Source: Mobula hypostoma (Eukaryota). Taken from it: a stretch of DNA of 64,000 bases. Below, piece by piece: positions 25,301-37,300 of this stretch; positions within the stretch are counted from its first letter, which is position 1, and each line of letters starts with the position of its first letter. Made by a program: the position numbers and the translations under genes. The notes under the pieces were generated by a model. It was not told the DNA's origin. It did not search any database and saw only the letters and a list, made by a program, of their open reading frames with translations. The stretch is from contig NC_086108.1 in the NCBI RefSeq assembly GCF_963921235.1, positions 93,498,001 to 93,562,000 of the forward strand. The letters are read 5' to 3'.

Positions 25301-28300
25301 TAAGAGTTTTATTCCAAACGAGAGCTTACTCTTCGTGGGGGGAAGCAGAGAGGGGAAGGAACTGAAATGTTGGATTATAGTTGCCAACTTCTGGGGGAGT
25401 GAGGAGGTCCTTGCAGAGAAATTTTACGCAGATTTATTGAACCAGAAAATTTTTTTATTATTCGCACTGTATTGCTTTTTCAAAATGATTTGTTCCAAGA
25501 AGGTTGTACTACAGCTTCTTCAAAAGAAGTTAATTAAAGAGTACTTTGTTATGGCTTACTCACAGTACGTTCACCCTGTTAGTGTGCTTAACGGCACAGG
25601 AAACTGATGTCTTGCAAGATTTCAGTCTTATGAGATTTGGAACAGAAGTTCCAAATGGGTCTATGAATTTTGTTTATGCTTGAATGAAGAATGATTTGGT
25701 ACATTTTGCCTGTGAACTTTGTAATAGCTGTGTCGGTAGGTTCCGTTCAGCAGTTACGTCTGTTGTTGGTGTATGCTATTTGAGGTATTTATTATAATTA
25801 TATTAAATCAACTTGGCATATACATATCTATTACTGAAAATCCTTGTGCTTGTTGAATTGGTTTACATTAATTGAGACATATAATTTACTTCATAATGTG
25901 GAGTGAATACCTTGTTGTACTGAAATGTTATTTCCTCTTAGGTGCAAACTACAATGAAGTAGATGAAGAGAAAAGAGAGCATTTCAGTGAAATATTTGTT
26001 TCTATTGACGCACTGGCGTTCACTTTTGGTAATGTGTAAGTAATACAACTTCTAATCTTCTGTTGTTATGGGGATTTTAGCTGGAATATTAATAAAATGA
26101 ATTTGTATTTTAAGAATGCCTTGAAAGATGATTCAACTACAAACATGTAAAGTAATTTGTTTATTCATTAAACTATTAAATTTTAGCTTTTTTTTTCCCT
26201 ACTCCTTCCTATCCCTCAGATCCAACCACACCACTTTTCCAGTTTCTGACTTTTTCTGGAACATGGCTATACTGCATTAATGTCCTTCCCATAGTTTTTC
26301 CGTGTGAGTTTACACACTGAAAGTCAGCAGTGTTTTCAGCAATAGTAGTCAAGCTCAAACCTGTTGTTAGACTACATCTGATATTTGATGACTTTAATGC
26401 TAGTAATTGTTTGGCAGCCAGGGAGGTGAACCCTGACTTTCTTTCTCTCCACCCCCCCCCCACACCACCACCACCCCACCCAGTTTTGTGTCTCACTAGT
26501 TGTAGTGATCAGTTGCTTTTAAAGTTGAAATATAAAACTAAAGGATTGAAAAGTGAACCACAGCCTTATGGACTGAGGCTGAATACTTCTGTCTGTGGCA
26601 ATTGCACCCAAATTTAATGTGCATCTTCGAGTTGTTTGGGTTTAGAAACTGAAACTTAATACCTGATGAAATCTTTGCTTCAGTTTGAAGGGGGGGGGGG
26701 TGTGTGTGCGTGTAAGACTAACATTTTGTTTTCAGAAATGCATGAGTTAAATGAATTAAATGAGAATGATTTGTTTATTTGCTTACAATGACCACAGATT
26801 GCTTGTGTGATAGTAAAGCACATTTAAATTAAAGCATAACAGCTCTTTAATAGTAAAGAAACTTTTTCTCTTTCTGAGAGAATGCTCTCTTCCATTTTGA
26901 TTCCATGTGCCTTGAGTAACTGGGTAATCAAACTATTTCTTCATAATGACCTGTTTATATCCACAAATGTAAAAAATCATTGGGCATTCTGTAACTTCTA
27001 CTGTGGTTAAACTAGGCAGGCCCTTGGCAGTAAACTTTTTAAAATAAATTTCTATTTGTTAATAAAACAACTGTATATTTATAAATATATTTATTTTCTA
27101 ATGTAGTGTTTAGATTGCTATTACTGTCTCTTGGTTTCTCTTCCATATTGGAGCTTTGTTTATTACCTAATATCCTAACTTTAATTCAATACATGAAATG
27201 GAATCTAGTGATGTATCTACCAGCAAAATAACTGTTATGATTGTTGCATCACAGTATTACATTGTTCAGAATGTTTTTGTGACAATCACTAGAGTGACAT
27301 TCTAGAATTAGATTCGTTTTTAATCTTCAATATGGTAGAGGTTTTTTTTATAGGATATGATGAATAAGCAGGAATAGGGTACTTGGATGGCCAAAGATGA
27401 GAGGATAAAATGTAGGTTAGGGTATCTATGTGTGTATGATTGGGTGAAGGAATTTGGATTGTAAGTCTATTGCACACTGCGGAGCAGAAGGTGGCGGTAA
27501 TGCACCAATAAGCTGGGTGCCAACTGCCATAAAACAAGAAGAAAAAAATTTGCTTCAGGCACGTAATGTCCTGCAGGCACTGCAGGAGAAGGACGAGGTG
27601 GACTCAGTGGGGTGGTTCCCTGAGCAGACTGTCCAGTACATCTGGCAAATTGCCTTATCGCTAGACCTCACCAACAGGCACAAAGACCTCGCCTGGCTGG
27701 CGGTGAGAAGGGCCCTCCCAGTCAGATCCCTAGTGTACGCCCGGAACATCGCCTCCACACCCCACTGTCCACGGGAGGACTGCAGTGAGGTGGAGTCAGT
27801 GACTCACCTCTTTGCACACTGTGGGTTCGCGAAGAAGGTGTGGAGGAGGATGGAAGGGGCGGTGTCAAGATTCACGCACAGCAACTGCGTAACCGAGGAC
27901 TCCCTGATCTACGGGCTGTTCCCAGGGACACACACGGAGACAAACATCTGGTGTTGCTGGCAGATCATCAATTCAGCGAAGGACGCTCTTTGGTCTTCCT
28001 TAAACTTGGTGGTCTACCAGCACATGGAGATGTCTATGACTGGATGCTGCCGACTGGCACATTCTCACCTGCAGAAGTACATGCTGAGGGATGCACTCAA
28101 GTTTGGTGCAGCCACCGCAAAGGCCCGGTGGGGAAGGACCACAGTTTAAGGTTCATCACCCGCGGAAGTGGGAGGGGTCGGGTGGGGAGGAGAATACCCC
28201 TCCATCAGCGATGTGGATAGATGAATCAACATGGTGCCCCAGGAGTGGCTGAAATTGTGTAGACGGTTAAAGAAGTTCGGTAAAGGAATTAGAGTCAACG

Positions 28301-31300
28301 CCTGGTTTTTTTAAAATAATTTTTGTTGTAAATAAGTCTTAATTCTTGACTAAGGTTTGAGAGTCAACGAACGATTTATTGTAAACATCTTTCATTTGAA
28401 TATGGACTGAGAGTTAACGCATAATTTTATTGTATGTAACTTTATTTATTGAATAAGGAATCAGGATCAACGAATGTTTTTTTTCTATGTAAATAACTAT
28501 TTTGTAATATTTCTGAATAAAGTATATTTTTGGGGGAAAAATTTGCTTCATTTTCCCCCAACGCCTGCATTGAACCTTCTTAACTTTCTCTAATTTATAC
28601 TTGCGAATATGGGGGTACCTCAGATTGCTGAGTAATGTGGCTGAAATTATAAAACAGGAAGTTACTATATGAATGAAATTTAGAATCTCAACTGTATTTC
28701 TCATGTCAAGAATTTTCAAGGTGGAAAGTAAGGAAAGGGAAATGCAAGTCAACTTGATGAAAATGTAACTAATTTTAAATTGCCAAACATTTGGCTTACA
28801 GCATTTCAGACTTTCTTATGGGAGACGTGGACTGTAGTTCATCTGTGGGACTCCCAATCAGTGGAAGAAGCCGCGTAAGTCCATTGAAAAGTTTGCTAAT
28901 TAAAAGCAGTTAGTAATACAGAATAATATATTTATAATATTCCAGACTCCTACAACAGAAGGAGACTCCTGGCTAATGGTATAGCTTTTTAAAAGTAATC
29001 AACCTAATTTTGCCATCCTTTATGCAGCACAGTCATTGATAGCCTCTGCATATACACAATTATTTTTTTCCCCCATATGTACCTTCTACCTTAAATGTAT
29101 GTACTTCCATTTCCACCCCATCACGGATCTTCATTTTCTCTCCACCTCTTCCTTTTCTCTGTAACTTGAAACTTATTTCATTTCCAGCTTTTCTCAGTTC
29201 TGTTCCAAGTCATCACCTTAAAATATTATTCCCGTCTACCTCGTCACTAAAGATGCCTAACATGCTGAGTATACTTTATCCCACACACTATATTTTTAGA
29301 AATCTCATCTTGCTCTTTTATCTCCATAAACCAGTTACATATCATTAGAAAGAGTTTGGCTTTTTTCTACTCTATCAAAGCCCTTCATTGTTTATTATGC
29401 CATTTCTTAAAACTCCTTTTAATCTTCTAAGGGAAATAGCTCCAGTTTCTATATGCAGCACACTGGTATTGATTGGAACATGCTTAGGAAACAATTTCAA
29501 ATGTTTGTTGCACTGTTCATTCACATACTATTTTGCTTGCTATGAATGCTTTTAGGAGTCTATGTACCATGCATATTAGATTTGTTGAATGTAGAATTGA
29601 TTCATGGGCATTTAAAAAGGTGGGTGCATGCTCTTTTTTTATATAACACTAATTTTTAAATCAAAATTAGATTTGATGATGTTGGTTTGGTTTTCTTGCA
29701 AAATACTTGAAGTATATGTTCCAGCTTTTTGCTGAACAGAAATGACTTAAACGAAAACAAGCTTCAGCAACCTCGTGCTGATTGTTGCTTTCAATTATAT
29801 GGAATTTTGTGATTCAGTAAATATTTTTATTATTTTACTGGCTCTGTGCAATTAATGATTTTTAATTTCTTTTAATTAAGTCCTATGAAAACCTGTCAAT
29901 GGGGTCAGGAGGATCTATTCACGAAAAGAATGACCTGCAAGGTATACTTAAGTTTCTGATATTTTAATGACCTGAGAAATGTCATTGACTGCCAGATTTC
30001 TCACTGTACATCAGTAAATACACGTAGCAAAGTGCTTATTCCAAACAGTTTTTACACAACTATCTAAAGAGTGTCTTTTCTTTTTATTTTATTTCTTGCT
30101 TTTTTCCAGATACATATTCTTGGATAAAGTTACCAATGCTGTTCTTGGTGCCTTAGCTAGATTCCAAAACATTTTCCCTCTTTTTTTCCCCCTCCTACAA
30201 CCTGTACAGGATCTAGTTTAATGAAGATGAGCTTTGTACTGCAGTATCTGTGGTTAGAGAATTGCTGTGTTCGTTTCTTGCAACCCTGCAGTCTCCACTG
30301 CCTGCTTGAGCATTGTCAGAATCAGAACCAGGTTTAATATCACTGGCATATGTTGTGAAATCTGTTGCTTTGCAGCACCAGTACATTGCAATACATAATA
30401 AAACTAAATACACTAAGTGTATGTAAGATAGATATTTTTTAACTTTTTATTTTTAAAATTAAATTAAGTAATAAAGAAAAGAGGGGAAAATACTCAGGTA
30501 GTGTTCATGGATCTATGGCTGTTTATCTTATTCTAAGCAAAGGATGTGATTAGCCCTTGTTGAAGGTATAAGTGACCTGCTAATATCATTTTTTTAAAAG
30601 TTCCATAAGTTCGATCATCTAATGAGATTTCCCACTGCACTGTTGCTGGGTTTCCTTTTATTGTGTTAGGAGACACTAGAAGGACACATACAGGCACTGA
30701 GCTGCTAAGTTCCTCCAGCATTTTCTATGTGTTGCATATACACGTACTCCTAGGTTGTGTAAGAATTCTACTCCTGACAACAGTCTGTTAATCGATTTTT
30801 ATCTTTAAGTTGGAAAATAACAGTTTCTCAGTAAGAGTGAGTGACAGCAATAACATTCATGTGCAGTCATGTGTCACAAATATAGTCATACATTTTTTAA
30901 TCAAGCGGCAAAATAAACACTTGTAGATTTGCCCATACATAGAATCTTCAGTTTTAATTATCCAATGTTATTTTTACATTTGAAGACTGCTAGAACATGG
31001 ATGTTTGTCATACAGTTGACAGGTTATTTTTCTCCGAGACTTTGAAAATTCTCCCATAATGTACAAAGCTGCATTTCTGTGAAGTGTCCTGTAACCTAGG
31101 GATCCCTTGTACTCAGTGCAGGCAGTATACTGCTATCAATGAGTGAATGCTGCTGCAGGGTATGTGGTTTTGGGAGTAGCACATTCCCAGGATTGCAAAG
31201 ACTCAAGAAGAACGGTGTCTTTGGGAGCCAAGTTCCTTACCCAGAAGAATCGCAATGGACCTCCAAGGATATGGCCAGGTGCTTCTAGCAAATGATTGTT

Positions 31301-34300
31301 AGAGAGGTACCAGTAGCACATACGAGCCATGATTTGCTGCAGTTTGCCATATTCAGCAATGGTGCCTGCCTCAGGGGTGGGAGGGGATGAACTTTTCTGT
31401 CCTTGTGTATTGAAACCTGGGTGACAAACAATGAAATGTATCAGCAGTAGCATGGTATCATCCTGGGGCTTGAAGGCCGAGTGCAATGTTGACAATGATG
31501 TTAATTGTGACTATTCACTACCAGCATATATGCAATGCTGAATTTAAAGTGGCAAGAGATTACCTACTCAGCGAGGACTGTCTTGGCTTAGAGATTTTGC
31601 TATGAGTGAGGGTCCCGACACTGAAAAATGTCCTGGATGGAGAGCTCTTCAGAGTTTCCTCCACATGTTTCCTGTGGTTGTCAGTAATATCTTTGACATC
31701 CATGGCCTATTCCCATTTTATCCAACAAGAAGTGTTGTGCGGGTATTTCCATAATAAGTCAGGTTTAGGTGAAGAAAACTGAAGATTCTTTGTATGAATG
31801 AAGTGTAAAGCTGCAAGTTCAAGTTTAATTGTCATTCAAGCATACACATGAATACATCCAACCAAAACAGCTTTCTTGTAGGGGCACTGTGCAAGACAGA
31901 ATATCAACAGTCGCACGCAGTTACAGTACATTTAGCACATGTAATAATGACAGCAATTCACTGGTGGTTAGATCTGCAGTACTTGATGTTATTATCCAGC
32001 AGTCTCTCGAAATCATAAAAAAAGGAATGGATGATAGTTACACATTTGTTTGGACACAGAGGCTGCTGTGATCATACGCGCCACCATCTTACCGATAGAT
32101 TATGCTGTGCTTGGTGTAACTTGGTTAGTATAAAGTTTGAATATGGTCCCTTTAATAAACACGAGAAAGTCTGCAGATGCTGGGGGACTCAGCAGTTCAG
32201 GCAGCATCTATGGAAATGAATAAACAGTCAACTTTTCGGGTTGAGACCCTTCTTCAGTACTGAGAAGGAAGGGGAAGAGGGAAGGAGACTAGCTGGAAGG
32301 TGATAGGTAAAGCCAGGTGGGTGGGAGAGGTCAAGGGCTGGAGAAGAAGAAATCTGATATAAGAGAGTGGACCATAGGAGAAAGGGAAAGAGGAGGGGAC
32401 AGAGGAGGAAGTAAAAGGTCAAAGTGGGGGGAAAAGGAAAGTGGGGTGGAGTTTGTTTACTGGAAGGAGAAACCAATATTCATGCTATCAGGTTGGAGGC
32501 TGCACAGACGGAGTATAAGATGTTGCTCCTCCACCCTGAGAGTGGCTTCGTCTTGGCACAAGAGGAGACTTTAAATGTTCCTTTAAATCAGATGTTCAGG
32601 GTTAATAAAAAACTGACTGTTCAGCAAATAAACAGTTAAGTTGAAATTCATATGGGCGTGGAATTTCGGGCATCATACTGTTGATGACAGTTAGGGAATT
32701 CTTACAATGTAAAGTTCTTTCTAGTATTAAAAATGTCACTTGATTGTTAAATTTCTCTATGGGTTCTGAGACTAGGAAATGGGAATAGAACAAAAACTGA
32801 GCCCTTTTGCATCTCCACTACAAATTTAATCCTTCATAATTCAGAGGAATTTTCATTATTAAAAACATGGTTCCAATGCAAAAGAAAATCACCCAAATGA
32901 AGAAAGAATGGAGCCACACTCAGGTTGGAGGAACAACACCTTATATTCCGTCTGGGTAGCCTCCAACCTGATGGCATGAACATCGACTTCTCTAACTTCC
33001 GCTAAGGCCCCACCTCCCCCTCGTACCCCATCTGTTACTCATTTTTATGCACACATTCTTTCTCTCACTCTCCTTTTTCTCCCTCTGTCCCTCTGAATAT
33101 ACCTCTTGCCCATCCTCTGGGTCCCCCCCCCCTCTTTCTTCCCGGACCTCCTGTCTCATGATCCTCTCGTATCCCCTTTTGCCTATCACCTGTCCAGCTC
33201 TCGGCTCTATCCCTCCCCCTCCTGTCTTCTATCATTTTGCATCTCCCCTTCCCCCTCCAGCTTTCAAATCCCTTACTCACTCTTCCTTCAGTTAGTCCTG
33301 ACGAAGGGTCTCGGCCTGAAACGTCGACTGCACCTCTTCCTATAGATGCTGCTTGGCCTGCTGCGTTCACCAGCAACTTTGATGTATGTTGCTTGAATTT
33401 CCAGCATCTGCAGAATTCCTGTTGTCAGCCCATTTTCAACTGCTTTCCATTCTTTTGCATCATTGTGTGAAAAGTGATGTTTGGAGCAGCATGAACATGC
33501 ATCTTCCCATTTTCTCTTGCTGCCCAGTGCCTGCAGCTCAGAATGTAAATAGAATAGTTCTTTCCATCTACAAAGATTTCACTATTCTCGCTTGTCACCT
33601 GTTATTTTCTAGCTCTGTGAATGGCAGAGAGAATCATTCAATACAGCCTTGTGTGGAAAACCTACAGCAATGTCATCCAAAAGATCTGTGCCACGCTCAA
33701 TGTGGAGTGATCAGATACAGTCCACTTAAGAGCATTCTGCTGATGGTTGAATTGCAAATGTAACAAACAAATAAATACTGCAATGAAGTCATCTTGTCTC
33801 TGCAAAATCAGGAAGTCTTAAGCTTAGATCCCAAGATCATGAGTTAATAAACAGAAGCCCATTCTAGATATGGATTCTTTCCTAATAGGTTCAAGGATTA
33901 ATTTATTTACAAATCATCTAAAAATGTTTTTGCCATTGCATAATTTTTGATGGAAAGCATATAATATGATGAGTTGGTGCAATTTGCATTGTCTACCTAA
34001 ATTGTGAAGACTAATGTCCATTGAAGGTCAAAAGGAATGCGTTGCGTTCTTTTCACCAGTGTAGGGGAATCTACAACTAGGTGAGATACAAGAAGGCATC
34101 ATGTCACTGTGCCCATGAACTGCCTGGCATATAGTAATTGAATCATTGTGGAAAGAACAATTATTTCTTTGTATAAGTAGGCTAAACAATAAAGGAAATA
34201 ATAGATTAAGATGAGTTTTTTGATTGTTACTGAGACTGACTGAGAGTATGTATTGTGCTTTGAGCCAGTGAGAAAAGCATTCCAGCATCAGAAAATTGCT

Positions 34301-37300
34301 TACCTTGTCCGGAGATGAGGTTAGGGTAAATTTGAAATAAATCAGCTTGCCATTTTAAGCCATTAAAGCATGCAAATAGACCAGCAAAGCACAGTTAAGC
34401 TAAATAATGACTAATAATTTCAACTTTTGTATGACTTGGGTAGTTTCAAAAAGTATATCAATATTTCCATGATAGTTGCTGTAATAATTTTCTATGTATG
34501 TGGTCTAAGGTGTACACAGTCTGCATGTTTAGCACGTTTTTCACTTCTTGAAAAAAGACAAAGGAAAATTTCAAGAATGTTGTTTACTTGAATTAAAAAA
34601 GAAAAATCTCTCATTTATAAAGAATTAATAGTGGAAAAATAACCAAAGCTGCCTCAAAATTTACTGATTTTTTTCCTACAGTAGGTTAAAGTTGTCACTT
34701 TAACAGATCAAGACCTAAAATATCAATTAATGATATTTTCTAATTTTGTTTAGCCTGTAGACTGCATCAGTTTGTGGTTGAGATTTGTGTAATTATTTGA
34801 AAATTATCTCCAGATCACTGTAGAATATACCACAAGTAATGTTAGGTAGTGCAAGGTCTAAAATGCAAACTGCATATTTTAACATTAGAGTTTGGTTTAA
34901 AAATTAAATGCCTTTTTGATTGTGTTAGTATACCTTCATGTGTAAATTCAAGCACCACTCCCAAGACTTTGGCATGTTTTCAGTTGTTGCTCTAGTATAC
35001 ATATACAGCTGGTGGTTTTGCTTTTACTCAGAAAATTAAATGGGCAGCCTGCAAGTGTCTTTGAATAGATATTTTTAAAAAATCTTAAGTGCTTGAAGAA
35101 AAATAGAGGAGCCCACTTGGTATCCTGGTTTATCTCTCAGCCAGTGCCATCAAGTTAACCAATTAATTTATTTGATCTTGCAGCATGCAAATTGAATGCA
35201 TCTTTTCCCCAAATAAAGAGGTTTGCAGGGAATACAGTGGATTCTAGTTAATTGGGCTACAGACTAATTGGGACAGCCATTTACTTCGGACAATTCTTAA
35301 AGAATAAAAACTAATTGAGAAAATAGCTGGGATCCCCTTTATTTATTTGGGAGATCGCCACTTAATTGGGATAGAAAATCGATGCAGTACAGTTTCCAAC
35401 TAATACAGTCACTTGCACTGCGTGGTCATTAAGCACTACACCATGTTTTTTGAGTTCATAAAGTACTTTGTGAAATGTTTTGAGAAATGTGGTGCTGTGA
35501 AAGACACCATAAGTTCATGTTTTCTTTTTAAAATGCATACTAAATACAAATGCACCACTGGTGGCAAGGTATGCTGAATGTTGCCTCCCCCATACCACCA
35601 CCAGGTGTCAGCCATTATGCAACTGTTTTTACACTTTTCTAAATATTAACTGAGCTAAAAATAAGGCTGGTTAGATTTACGTGGTTAAGTAAGTAGGTTC
35701 GAATGCCATATCATGAGATCAGTTTATTTTGAGCCCATTAAAAATCAGACTATTTTACTAGAGGATAATGGAATGAAAAGTTCAAATATTTTGCTGTTGG
35801 TGACATGCTAAGAGAATGCTGTTTAAAATACATAACTGTGTTGCAGTCATTAATGAAATGCAGAATTTGTGTACAATTACCTAGCGATTTTATCTCTTGT
35901 AGTTTCAAATTGAACAGTTATTAACTGTAAATAAACTTATTAGACTTGCCAGTGATTTGGAAAGCAACAACTTGCCTACAAATATTTTTTTGTTCTGGCT
36001 CCATAGTCTCGATCACTGTAGTCCTACCATGTAACTTGGCATCAGTCTGCATTAAGCTACATTACAAGGTTACAACTTCTCAGTGCAGCTTTATTGGTTT
36101 CAGTTTGTTGTTTGAACTTAATTTATGTTTCATTTGTATTCTTGTGTCTTCATTTCCTGTTTTCAGGGGCTCTCCGAGCAGAGGAAGTTGATAACATGCT
36201 ACTTAAACATGATAGTGGGATAGAGTCAGCTTTAATATATGCAAAAAATTGGTCAAAATATACTAAAGATATTCTGGCCTGGTTGGAAAAGCGGCTCAAT
36301 CTAGGTGAGTGCTTCAGGCAGTTGTTTTAATAGCCAAAGTAGCTTTAATGAGCTGGCTGAAAGGTGCCGCAGTATCCATGTTCTAATGCGGTTTACAATT
36401 TTCTTTGTATAAGTCAATAAGATTTTGTCTAACTTGTGCCAGCTTACTTGTGTTGCCATTTTAAGAAATTTTGTTTTGTATCTTATTAGTGACTAGTTGT
36501 ATTAACTTTCCATTGAATGTAGAATATTCTGCAGAATGAATCTTGCCCAAGGGTGACCTGAAGGCTAGCGGAGGAAAGGAGCACCTTTCGCCTCCTTTGG
36601 TAGAATTGTATCTCCACCCCACCAACCAAATTGCAGACTAGGCCCATATATATTGCCCATCCCAAACTGTGAAGTTTGTTGCTATTTTAACTGGTGACTA
36701 GAGGGGGATGAGTGGCATTACTAGTCATGGAAAATGTCACAGTAGTGCTCAGTCAGAGTAAACTGGAGAGCTCGACTAGTAAGGCTTTAAGGGTAGAAAC
36801 TGAGGAATAAGGAAGGTATGACCATGTTAATAGGATTTTATTAGAGACCACTCAACAGTCTGCAGGATTTAGAGGAACAAATTCGTAGAGAGATCGCAGA
36901 CTGTTGCAGAAAACAGGGTTGTGATAGGTGATCTTAACTTTAAACATATTGACTGGGACCCTCGTACTGTAAAAGGGCTGGATGGGAATAAGTTTGTCGA
37001 ATGTGTTCAGGAAAGTTATTTATTCAGCACATAGAAATCTCAACTAGAGAGAGTGCAATACTAGGTTTCCTGTTGGGGAATGAGACAGGGCGGGTGACAG
37101 AGTTTTGTGTAGGGGAATACCTTGCATGATCATGATGCCATTAGTTTCAAGGAATTATGAAAAATGATAGGTCTGATCCTTGAGTTGAGGGTTTAAATTG
37201 GAGGAAAAACAATTTTGATGGTATCAGAAAGGACTGGCAAGTGTGGATTGGGACAAGGTATTTTCTGGTAAAGGTGTACTTGGTAAGTATGAGGCCTTCA

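Noticed and set aside
32160..33425. A fifth tail-out PLE pair
   Set aside because: The arms differ greatly in decay and are separated by ~340 bp of non-PLE DNA, so they are probably independent insertions.
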